Positions 17,048-25,382 of a stretch of DNA of 32,000 bases are shown here, piece by piece. Below the pieces are notes generated by a model. That model saw only the letters and a program-made list of their open reading frames with translations. It was not told the DNA's origin and made no database searches. Location: positions 2,876,497-2,908,496 of the forward strand of contig NC_003902.1 of assembly GCF_000007145.1 (NCBI RefSeq). Reading direction: 5' to 3'. Source of the stretch: Xanthomonas campestris pv. campestris str. ATCC 33913 (GTDB taxonomy: Bacteria; Pseudomonadota; Gammaproteobacteria; Xanthomonadales; Xanthomonadaceae). A program made the position numbers and the translations under genes. Positions within the stretch are counted from its first letter, which is position 1. Each line of letters begins with the position of its first letter.

Positions 17048-18964
17048 ATGATCGACTCCACCCGCTATCCGCGCCTGTCGCGCATCCAGACTCCCGACGA
17101 TCTGCGTACCTTCGAGGAGGCCGACCTCACCGCGGTCGCCGACGAACTGCGTGCCTACCTGATCGAATCGGTGGGCAAGAGCGGCGGCCATTTCGCCGCG
17201 GGTCTGGGGGTGATCGAACTCACCGTCGCCCTGCACTACCTCTACCAGACGCCGGTCGACCAACTGGTGTGGGACGTGGGCCATCAGACCTACCCGCACA
17301 AGATCCTGACCGGGCGCCGCGACCAGATCCACACGGTCAAGCAAAAGGACGGCGTGGCGCCGTTCCCCAAGCGCGAGGAGAGCGTGTACGACACCTTCGG
17401 TGTTGGGCATTCATCGACCTCGATCTCCGCCGCGCTGGGCATGGCGATCGCTGCGCAGCGCAATGGCGACGACCGCAAGGTGGTGGCGGTGATCGGCGAT
17501 GGCGCAATGACCGCCGGCATGGTCTACGAGGCGCTCAACCACGCCGGCGGCATGGACCCGGAACCCAACCTGCTGGTGATCCTCAACGACAACCGCATGT
17601 CGATCTCCGAGGCAGTGGGCGGGCTGACCAAGATGCTCGGCCGTGCCAGCGGCAGCCGCACGCTCAACGCGATCCGCGAGGGCGGCAAGAAGATCCTCGG
17701 CGACAAGAAGAACAACCCCACCGCGCGCTTCGTGCGCCGCTGGGAAGAACACTGGAAAGGCATGTTCGTGCCGTCCACGTTGTTCGAGGAAATGGGCTTC
17801 CACTACACAGGCCCGATCGATGGCCACGACCTGCCCAGCCTGGTCGGCGCGCTGAAGACCTTGAAGACCTTGAAGGGTCCGCAGCTGCTGCACGTGATCA
17901 CCACCAAGGGCAAGGGCTACGAGCTCGCCGAAGGCGACCAGATTGGTTACCACGCGGTCGGCCCGTTCGACCCGAGCAAGGGCCTGGTGGCCAAGGCCGG
18001 CGCCAAGAAGCCGACCTACACCGATGTCTTCAGCGACTGGGTGTGCGACATGGCGGCGGCCGATCCCAAAATGCTGGTGATCACCCCGGCGATGCGCGAA
18101 GGCTCCGGCCTGGTGCGCTTCAGCAAGGAATATCCGCAGCGCTATTTCGACGTGGCGATTGCCGAGCAACACGCGGTCACCCTGGCCGCCGGCATGGCAA
18201 CGCAAGGCGCCAAGCCGGTGGTGGCGATTTATTCGACGTTCCTGCAGCGCGGTTACGACCAGCTGGTGCACGACGTGGCGGTGCAGAAACTGGATGTGCT
18301 GTTCGCGATCGATCGCGGCGGCGTGGTCGGCCCCGATGGCGCCACCCACGCCGGCAACCTGGACCTGAGCTTCCTGCGCTGCGTACCGCACATGGTGGTG
18401 ATGGCGCCGGCAGATGAGGCCGAGTGCCGCCAGATGCTCACCACCGGCCTGCGCTATGAGGGCCCGGCCGCGGTGCGCTATCCGCGCGGTACCGGCCCCG
18501 GCACCGCACTGGATGCCGCCCTGACCACCTTGCCGATCGGCAAGGCGCAGCTGCGTCACAGCGGCGCACGCATCGCGCTGCTCGGCTTCGGCGCCACGGT
18601 GGATGCCGCTGAAGCGGTCGGCCGCGAGTTGGGCCTGACCGTGGTGAACATGCGTTTCGTCAAACCACTCGACAAGGCGATGCTGCTGGAGCTGGCCAAG
18701 TGCCACGAAGCCTTTGTCAGCATCGAAGACAACGTGGTGGCCGGCGGCGCAGGCTCGGGCGTCTCCGAGCTGCTCAATGCCGAAGGCGTGCTGATGCCGA
18801 TGCTGCACCTGGGCCTGCCGGACAGCTTCCAGCACCACGCCAGCCGCGAAGACCTGCTCGCCGAGGCCGGTATTGACCAGGCCGGCATCCGCGCCGCCGT
18901 GCTCAAGCGCTGGCCGCAGCTGATGGCGAAGGGCCAGCAGGCATTGAATGCAGCGGCAGGCTGA
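17048..18964 (+). CDS. dxs: 1-deoxy-D-xylulose-5-phosphate synthase (638 aa)
   Basis: [21 protein letters not shown]-terminus. ThDP motif [18 protein letters not shown]...NDN. Transketolase-like pyrimidine-binding and C-terminal domains. Confidence 0.95.
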   Translation: MIDSTRYPRLSRIQTPDDLRTFEEADLTAVADELRAYLIESVGKSGGHFAAGLGVIELTVALHYLYQTPVDQLVWDVGHQTYPHKILTGRRDQIHTVKQKDGVAPFPKREESVYDTFGVGHSSTSISAALGMAIAAQRNGDDRKVVAVIGDGAMTAGMVYEALNHAGGMDPEPNLLVILNDNRMSISEAVGGLTKMLGRASGSRTLNAIREGGKKILGDKKNNPTARFVRRWEEHWKGMFVPSTLFEEMGFHYTGPIDGHDLPSLVGALKTLKTLKGPQLLHVITTKGKGYELAEGDQIGYHAVGPFDPSKGLVAKAGAKKPTYTDVFSDWVCDMAAADPKMLVITPAMREGSGLVRFSKEYPQRYFDVAIAEQHAVTLAAGMATQGAKPVVAIYSTFLQRGYDQLVHDVAVQKLDVLFAIDRGGVVGPDGATHAGNLDLSFLRCVPHMVVMAPADEAECRQMLTTGLRYEGPAAVRYPRGTGPGTALDAALTTLPIGKAQLRHSGARIALLGFGATVDAAEAVGRELGLTVVNMRFVKPLDKAMLLELAKCHEAFVSIEDNVVAGGAGSGVSELLNAEGVLMPMLHLGLPDSFQHHASREDLLAEAGIDQAGIRAAVLKRWPQLMAKGQQALNAAAG

Positions 18965-19042
18965 GGCCTGCTGTGCTGCATGGCGTGAGGAGCGCAGGCT
19001 GAGGCCTGCGCGCATCGTTGGCGAGAGGGCTGAGTCCTCTTT
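18956..19042 (+). terminator. Three tandem hairpins with CTGAG-containing loops after dxs (terminator candidates)
   Basis: GCAGGC-tgag-GCCTGC occurs at 18956-18971, with the dxs TGA in its loop. The identical unit recurs at 18994-19009. AGAGG-gctgagt-CCTCT at 19024-19040 is followed by TTT. Confidence 0.4.
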
Positions 19043-19239
19043 GCTACACCGCATTCGATGCAATGCGTAGCCAGCAGCGCGATCCGATGCTGCAGGCTTG
19101 ACCGATGGTCACCACATGCACGCAGCACCTTGTTGCGATGCGTGCACGCGAACGGATTGGCAACCGACGCCAGCGCTTTGCAAGCACTCCGTTCTGAAGC
19201 CCGAAATCGTGCAGCACTGCTTTGGTATTCACCACCATG

Positions 19240-20496
19240 CTAAAGCGTGGGCACTTTCCCGTTGCACGCAAAGGCTTCCACCAACTGCAGCAGCGGTGCC
19301 TGCGCATTGATCTCCTGCAATTCCACCTGCAGCCGGTTGACGCCGGGCAACGCGGCGTCGCCGTTCAACGCTTGCTGCAATAACGCAGGCAAGCCGCCCA
19401 GATCGCGCAACCACCACGCGGCACCAGCTGCCTGCAGCCGTGCCGCGTGGTCGAACTGGTCGTAGTCCAGCGGGTAGACGATCGATGGCAGCCCCGCCGC
19501 CAGGCACGCGTACAGAATGCCGGCGCCACCGTGGTGCACCACCAACACGTAGCGCTGCAGATGCTGTGCGTAATCGACATACGGCAGGCAGTGATAATTG
19601 CCCTGCGCTGGCTGCGGCGGCAGCGCGGTATCGCCCGCACTGAAATGGAACACCACGTCCGGGAACTGCGGCGCCAAGGCGCGTAGGTCCGCGTCCATGC
19701 GTTGCTTGACCCATTGCAGATGCGTGCCCAACGTCACCAGGACGTGGCGGCGCCCGTCGATGAACCTGGGCGGCGGCACGTCATTGGGCGGCGTGCACAA
19801 CTGCGGCCCGACGAAGCGCACCGCGGCAGGCCAGCGCCGCGCAAATTCAAACGACGGCAGCCCCAGCGCGAGCACACAGTGCGGCGAATACACCGCCTCG
19901 CTGCCATCCGCGCGGTACAGCGCCGGCAATCCGGCCGCACACATCTGCTGCCGATAACAGCGATGCAGGCTGCGCTTGAAGCCACGCGTCAGACGGCGCG
20001 CGATGGCATGCCAGATCCGTTGCGACCTACCGCTCGCGGGCAACAGGCCGCCGAAATACGCTGGCGGGCCATCGGCGGTTTCCAGCACGCAAGGAGACGG
20101 CAGGCTGGTCCACCAGGCAATGCCCATGGCCTGCGCCGCCAACCCGGCGCTGGGCACGGTGAAGTCGGCAATCACCAGCTCCGGCCGGCGCACGCAGTAG
20201 TGCTGTTGCAGGCCCTCACCCAGCCGCACCATCAGGCCCAATGCTGCGTGCAATTGGCGGCGCAGCCGCAACGGATTGTGGCCGACCGCATGCCGCGGAT
20301 TGGCGATCTGCGCCAGCAGCTGGTCGGCCTGCGCATCCAGCACGCTGATGCCGTGCAGGCCGCACGCTGCGATGCGCGCCATTGCCGCAGGCGTACTGAT
20401 CACGCGCACGTCGTGCTGTGCCGCCAGTTGGCGCGCGATCGCCAGAATCGGATGCAGGTGCCCGCTGTACGGCGGTGCGATCAGATCGATGCGCAT
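19240..20496 (-). CDS. GT1-family (GT-B, MGT/UDP-glycosyltransferase-like) glycosyltransferase (418 aa)
   Basis: N-terminal MRIDLIAPPYSGHLHPILAIARQL. C-terminal nucleotide-sugar motif VVHHGGAGILYACLAAGLPSIVYPLDYDQFDHA. ATG 20496 overlaps the upstream stop by 16 nt. Confidence 0.85.
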   Translation of the reverse strand: MRIDLIAPPYSGHLHPILAIARQLAAQHDVRVISTPAAMARIAACGLHGISVLDAQADQLLAQIANPRHAVGHNPLRLRRQLHAALGLMVRLGEGLQQHYCVRRPELVIADFTVPSAGLAAQAMGIAWWTSLPSPCVLETADGPPAYFGGLLPASGRSQRIWHAIARRLTRGFKRSLHRCYRQQMCAAGLPALYRADGSEAVYSPHCVLALGLPSFEFARRWPAAVRFVGPQLCTPPNDVPPPRFIDGRRHVLVTLGTHLQWVKQRMDADLRALAPQFPDVVFHFSAGDTALPPQPAQGNYHCLPYVDYAQHLQRYVLVVHHGGAGILYACLAAGLPSIVYPLDYDQFDHAARLQAAGAAWWLRDLGGLPALLQQALNGDAALPGVNRLQVELQEINAQAPLLQLVEAFACNGKVPTL

Positions 20497-21095
20497 GTCT
20501 GCCCTCGCCGCCCGGCCTGCTCCACTTCGCTCGCGAACGCCTGGCAGGCCGCGCGCACCGTGCTGTCGCGCAGATAGTCCATGTGCCCGCACGCGGGCTG
20601 CATGTCCACCGGCCCGCGATACAGCGCGCGCGAGATCCAGTCGCGGCGCCCCTGCACGATGCATTGCCGCTCGAACGGTGCCAACGCATTCGCAACTGGC
20701 CCGTAGGCGAACACCGCAACGCGCGCACGCAGTGGCGCCGGCAGGTGCAACGCCGCCAATAGCTGCAGGCCGCAGCTGCCGACCAGCAGCAGCGTGAGCG
20801 GCACTGGCTCCAGCTGCGTGATGACTGCTGCGCGCTCAGGCGGCGCCACCGGGCCACTGCGCGCGGCCAGATACTGCCGCGCGTTGGCCGCACTTGCCCG
20901 CCACAGCGGCACGCGCCGATGCGCAGCGCCATCCGGACGATAGGGATAGTTGCAGTCCAACAGGCGCCTGCCGTGCCCGCGCAATTGCTGCAGAAACAGG
21001 CGCTGCTCCTCGCTCAGCGCGCAGCGCTGCGGATCGCTTTGCCCGGTGAGGAAGGCGATCTGCAACAGCGGCTCACTGCGCACGAAACCGCCCAT
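20481..21095 (-). CDS. Hypothetical protein, possibly a minimal alpha/beta-hydrolase or thioesterase-like fold (204 aa)
   Basis: It fills the only space between GT21 and GT1 in a tightly overlapped operon. Candidate nucleophile elbow LLLVGSCGL, then RRDW and a C-terminal ACGHMDY, in nucleophile-acid-His order. No family recognised. Confidence 0.55.
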   Translation of the reverse strand: MGGFVRSEPLLQIAFLTGQSDPQRCALSEEQRLFLQQLRGHGRRLLDCNYPYRPDGAAHRRVPLWRASAANARQYLAARSGPVAPPERAAVITQLEPVPLTLLLVGSCGLQLLAALHLPAPLRARVAVFAYGPVANALAPFERQCIVQGRRDWISRALYRGPVDMQPACGHMDYLRDSTVRAACQAFASEVEQAGRRGQTCASI

Positions 21096-22221
21096 CCGGC
21101 AGCACGCGGTAGCGACGGGTACGCCAACGGATCGTGCGCACTAGCGCCGCATGCAGCAGGTGCAATGGCTGCAGGCACTCGGCCGCCAGCGACAGCAGTG
21201 GCCGGTGCCGGCTCTCGCCGGTGGTGCGCCACTGCAGCAGGCACAGCAGCGCGGTACGCACGGTGAGCAGGCCAGCCACCGCTGCAAACGACAGCGCTCC
21301 TGGTTGCAGGCAGGCCGAGAGCAGCGTGGCGATCAACAACCATGGTGGCAACCCATGCAGCGCGCCGATCGCCAGCTTCACGGCCGGGCGCTGGCGGCGC
21401 AGCAGCAACAGCGCGAACAACATCCAGCGATGCATCTGCCGCACGTAGCTGGCCAGATCGGGCAACGCAGTGCGCATCGCCACCGGCGCGGTGGACTGCC
21501 AGAGCCGCCCCCCTTGCGCACGCACATGCGCGGCGAAGGCCAGATCGTCGGTCAGCTGGTCCAACAATGGCGCAAATCCGCCCCAGGCCTGCAGTTGCTG
21601 CGTGCGCCCGGCATAGCACATGCCATTGATCGTGAGAGGCGCCGCCCATGGCAGCCACCCCAGATACGTGAGCGCGGCATTGTTGTTGACGAACTGCGCC
21701 AGCAGCCGCCCTGCCAACGTGCTCCCGTCCTGGTAGTACGGCAGCGCGGTCACCAGATCGGCGTGCGCCAGGTCGTGCAGCAAGAGCGCCAGCGCAGCGC
21801 TGCTTAACTGCGCATCGTCGTCCAGGATCAAGGTGATGGATGCCTGTACCTGCGGCAGTGCGTGGTGCAGCTTCCACGCCTTGGGATTGATGCCGAGCGG
21901 TGCGGGCGGCACTGTGATGCGTGCGATCCGCACGCCAGGATGCTGTGCGACCAGGGTTGCTGCAGCAGCGTTGCCCGCTGCGTCGTCGGCATCCAGCAAC
22001 CAGACGAACTGGGCGTGCGGCAGCGCCTGCAGGTTGGCGGCGAGCACCTGCTGCAGATGCGCATCACCGCCAAGGATGGGTTGCAGGATCGCTACCTCCG
22101 CCTGCGTTCCCGCTGGCACCTGCACTGCGGCGCGGCGCTGCACAATCCACAACGCGCCCAGCGCACGCAGCATCAGCATGGCGAGATAGGCCAACGCCAG
22201 CAGCAGCGTAATTACACCCAC
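21073..22221 (-). CDS. GT2-superfamily, GT21-type (ceramide-glucosyltransferase/HpnI-like) integral-membrane glycosyltransferase (382 aa, GTG start)
   Basis: N-terminal TM helix ITLLLALAYLAMLML. D-rich motifs (WLLDADD, LILDDDA, TDDL). INPK segment. QMHRW = (Q/R)xxRW. C-terminal TM helices. The upstream 358 codons of ORF 21073-23295 are the out-of-frame shadow of the SDR gene. Confidence 0.8.
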   Translation of the reverse strand: MGVITLLLALAYLAMLMLRALGALWIVQRRAAVQVPAGTQAEVAILQPILGGDAHLQQVLAANLQALPHAQFVWLLDADDAAGNAAAATLVAQHPGVRIARITVPPAPLGINPKAWKLHHALPQVQASITLILDDDAQLSSAALALLLHDLAHADLVTALPYYQDGSTLAGRLLAQFVNNNAALTYLGWLPWAAPLTINGMCYAGRTQQLQAWGGFAPLLDQLTDDLAFAAHVRAQGGRLWQSTAPVAMRTALPDLASYVRQMHRWMLFALLLLRRQRPAVKLAIGALHGLPPWLLIATLLSACLQPGALSFAAVAGLLTVRTALLCLLQWRTTGESRHRPLLSLAAECLQPLHLLHAALVRTIRWRTRRYRVLPDGRFRAQ

Positions 22222-23171
22222 TGCGCTGCCTGCCAACGCACGAAGGCGTCGATGCCTTCGTCCAGGCCAACGCTGGGCGTGCCCAGGTCGGCCAGCGTGC
22301 GGCGCGGGTCGAAGGTCTTGGAGTACGCAAACACACCCACGCCGAAGCGCGTGATCGGCGGCTCGCCACGCAAGCGCAGCAACCGGCAGGCGCCCTCCAC
22401 CACACTGGCCATCCGCAACGCCGTGCCGATGCGCACCTGCCGCTGCGGCAACGGCAACTGCAGGCGCGCCAGAACATCCAGCAGCAGCTGCTGCAGATCG
22501 ACCGGCTGCGCATTGGTGAGGTTGTAGGACGGTTGCAGTTGCGGCGCGACGGCGGCGCGGTACAGGTAGTCGCAGAGCGCATCGATGTAGATCAGATCGC
22601 CGATCACCGGCTGGCTCTGGCCAACGAAGCGCGGCAACGCTCCTTTGCGTGCGGCAGCAATCACACGCGGAAACAGCACGGTGTCGCCGGGGCCAAATAC
22701 CGCGCGCGGACGCAGGATGCTCTTCTCGCCCGCGTACCCATCCAGCAGCGTCTCGCCGAGGTATTTGGTCTGCGCGTAGGTGTTGACGAAGCGCGGCCCG
22801 ATCGGGCTGTCTTCGCTGAGCCCGTACTGATGTTCTTCGCGGTAGAACACCGAGCTCGATGACACGTACAGCAGACGCGGATTGCCGTTGCGAGTGCAGA
22901 AGTCGATGACATTCGCGGTGGCCTGCACATTGTGCAGCTCGAATTGCGCGCGGGTGCCCCAGGGAGACGCCAGTGCCGCCGCATGAATCACCACATCCGG
23001 CTGCCAGTCGAGCGTAAACGGCTGGCTCAGGTCGATGCGATGGTAGTTGGGCAACGCGCAGGCGCGGCGGCCGATGCCGTGGATGTCCAACCCTGGCTGG
23101 CCCTGAAAGCGCCGCAGAAAGGCGCCGCCCACAAAGCCCGATGCGCCGGTGACAAGAATACGCAGGCTCAT
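22212..23171 (-). CDS. NAD(P)-dependent epimerase/dehydratase (extended SDR, 3-beta-HSD-like, 319 aa)
   Basis: MSLRILVTGASGFVGG Rossmann motif at the N-terminus and a catalytic YAQTK (YxxxK). ATG 23171 overlaps the upstream TGA as ATGA. Confidence 0.9.
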   Translation of the reverse strand: MSLRILVTGASGFVGGAFLRRFQGQPGLDIHGIGRRACALPNYHRIDLSQPFTLDWQPDVVIHAAALASPWGTRAQFELHNVQATANVIDFCTRNGNPRLLYVSSSSVFYREEHQYGLSEDSPIGPRFVNTYAQTKYLGETLLDGYAGEKSILRPRAVFGPGDTVLFPRVIAAARKGALPRFVGQSQPVIGDLIYIDALCDYLYRAAVAPQLQPSYNLTNAQPVDLQQLLLDVLARLQLPLPQRQVRIGTALRMASVVEGACRLLRLRGEPPITRFGVGVFAYSKTFDPRRTLADLGTPSVGLDEGIDAFVRWQAAQWV

Positions 23172-24016
23172 CGCCACTCCGGTTGATAACGGTCCAGACT
23201 GGGCTGGCAATGCGATGGCAGGATCGCCAGCTCCGGATGCGCCTGCACCAAGCCATGCAGCACGCGCACGGTGCGCTGGAACGCGGACCAGTCATGCATC
23301 AGCAGGCGCGTGGGCCACGCCGGCCACGCCAAGCTTGCAAAGGTGGCCGACGACCACACCGCGTCGGCGCACAGCAACACTTCGCGATCGTGCTGGTCGC
23401 GCAACCACAGCCCCATCTGCCCCGGCACATGCCCGGGCAAGGCCACCGCCATCACGCTGCCATCGGCGAACAGGTCGTAGCCCACGCCCAGGCCCTTCCA
23501 CGCAGCACCGAGTGCGCGCTGCGGCGCCTGCTCGGCAAACTGCACGCGCTGCGCGAAGTCGTCTGGCAGCAGTTGCGGCAGCAGTGCACGCCGCAGGCCG
23601 CCCAGGCGCGAGGCGGCGCGCAGCTGTGCATAGTCGGCGTGCAGGCAGACGAAGCGCGCAGTGGGCAGATCGCGCAGACCGCCGACATGGTCGGCGTGGA
23701 AGTGCGAGATCAGGCACCAGCCAATATCCTCGAGCGCCAGATCACGGCGCGCCAGCTGCGCCTGCAGACGCTCCTGGGCGGGCAAGGTCACCGGCGTGGC
23801 CCAGCGATACAGCCGCTCCGGCAACGGATCGGTGGCACGGAAGAAATGCTCTGCATAGCCGGTGTCATAGAGCAGCGCCCCGCGTTGCGGATGCCGGATC
23901 AGCACACTCAACGCGGGGAATTCCACTGAATGCCAATGCCCGTCCGCGCGCACCATGCGTTCGCAGTGGTGGCAATGCCCGATGCGCAACAACTCGACCG
24001 AGACCCGCGTCGCCAT
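23168..24016 (-). CDS. gumP: MBL-fold metallo-hydrolase (282 aa); labelled gumP in Xanthomonas genome annotations, as I recall
   Basis: Zinc motif ISHFHADHVGG (HxHxDH) and a downstream ALPGH. ATG 24016 overlaps the KAS III TGA as ATGA. Confidence 0.8.
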   Translation of the reverse strand: MATRVSVELLRIGHCHHCERMVRADGHWHSVEFPALSVLIRHPQRGALLYDTGYAEHFFRATDPLPERLYRWATPVTLPAQERLQAQLARRDLALEDIGWCLISHFHADHVGGLRDLPTARFVCLHADYAQLRAASRLGGLRRALLPQLLPDDFAQRVQFAEQAPQRALGAAWKGLGVGYDLFADGSVMAVALPGHVPGQMGLWLRDQHDREVLLCADAVWSSATFASLAWPAWPTRLLMHDWSAFQRTVRVLHGLVQAHPELAILPSHCQPSLDRYQPEWR

Positions 24017-25047
24017 CAGTACCTCAACACCATGCCGCCGATCGACAGGCCGGCACCGGTGCCGAGCATCGCGAATAGTTCGCCGCGCTGCAGCTGCTGC
24101 GTGACCCTGGCCTGATGCAGCGCGTGTGGCAGCGATGCCGCCACCTGGTTGCCATGCGCGTGCAGGATGCGCACCACCTGCTCCGGGCGCAGGCCGAGCG
24201 CCTGCACCACATGATCCAGGCCGCCACCGGAGGCTTGATGCGGGATCAGGCAGCGCAGTGCGGTGGTCTCGGTACCGGCGTCGCGCAGCAGCTGGTCCCA
24301 GAACGCCGGCAGGTGGCGCGCCGCAAAGCGATACGCACCGCGCCCATCCATGGTGAAGACCCGCGTGGCTTCGGGCGTGCTGTCTTCGCCACGCGGATAG
24401 CGGCTGCCGCCACCGCGGATGCGGCACAGCTCGGCACCGCTGCCGTAGCTGGCCAGGCGGCTGGACAGCAGCGCCGAGTCTTCGTCAGGCGCGCTGCGCC
24501 CGACCACCACGGCGGCAGCGCCATCGCCGAACAAGCCGGCGGTCGATGGCACCGCCGCATCCAGCCCGCCCGACGCCACTTCGCTGGAGACGATGAGCAC
24601 GCGGCGATAGCGGCCCAGGGCCAGCGCGTTTGTGGCCATGTCCAATGCGACCAGAAAACTCAGGCAGGTGGCGTTGACATCGAATGCCGGGATGCCAGAG
24701 TCACCCAGCCCCAGGGCACGCTGGATCAGCACTGCCTGGCACGGGATCGGCTGCTCCATCACGCTGCAGGCGGAGATCAGGCAGTCGATCTCGCCGCTAT
24801 CGATACCGGCGCTGACCAATGCCGCTTGCGCGGCGGCGGCGCCCATGGACGAGGCCGTTTCGCCCTCGCCTGCATAGTGGCGCGTGGCGACGCCCAGCCG
24901 CGCGAACGTGGTTCCCGGCGGCAACTGCCAGCGTGCGTCCAGTTCTTGCGACGTCACTTCCGTGGCGGGAACGTGGCACCCGGTGCCCAGGATGCGCAGC
25001 GGCAATGCGTTCAACAGATCCGCCTCGTTGGTGAAGGCGCGCAGCAT
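24016..25047 (-). CDS. gumO: FabH-like 3-oxoacyl-ACP synthase III family condensing enzyme (343 aa); labelled gumO in Xanthomonas genome annotations, as I recall
   Basis: Cys-His-Asn triad contexts: DVNATCLSFLVALD, LIPHQASGG, HAHGNQVAASLP. Start at MLRAFTNEADLL, 17 residues before RILGTG. The upstream ORF extension is Arg/Ala-rich. Confidence 0.8.
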   Translation of the reverse strand: MLRAFTNEADLLNALPLRILGTGCHVPATEVTSQELDARWQLPPGTTFARLGVATRHYAGEGETASSMGAAAAQAALVSAGIDSGEIDCLISACSVMEQPIPCQAVLIQRALGLGDSGIPAFDVNATCLSFLVALDMATNALALGRYRRVLIVSSEVASGGLDAAVPSTAGLFGDGAAAVVVGRSAPDEDSALLSSRLASYGSGAELCRIRGGGSRYPRGEDSTPEATRVFTMDGRGAYRFAARHLPAFWDQLLRDAGTETTALRCLIPHQASGGGLDHVVQALGLRPEQVVRILHAHGNQVAASLPHALHQARVTQQLQRGELFAMLGTGAGLSIGGMVLRY

Positions 25048-25382
25048 ACCGTGGCCGGCCAGGCAGACCCAGCTGCCTGCGCAATGTTGGCGCAGTCGTG
25101 GGGCTTGCACGGCGAGCACAGCGCCATCCGTAGCGATGGGATGGGGATGGCGGCACTTGGTGCGGGTCGAGACTGGCATCGCCCACCTGGCCGCGCGGGC
25201 GCATGCGTGGCGAGCCAGGGCACATGTTGGGCGCGCTGCGGTTTTCGCAATAACGTCCGACACCGGGGTGGCACTGAAACTCGCGCGCCGCCCTCTCCTT
25301 TCGTCACCGCGGGCAGCATGCATTCGATACACCGGTCCAAGCGCACATCAGGTCGAGCCAGTCACACAACCTCGCACCGTAC

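Noticed and set aside
17411-19063. 550-aa minus-strand ORF antisense to dxs
   Set aside because: Shadow frame. The dxs frame carries ThDP-binding and transketolase motifs over its whole length.
21073-23295. 740-aa ORF read as one large protein
   Set aside because: Only the C-terminal 382 aa (from GTG 22221) look like a protein (GT21). The N-terminal 358 aa are Arg/Ala/Cys-rich and overlap, out of frame, the SDR gene with its clear GASGFVGG/YxxxK motifs.
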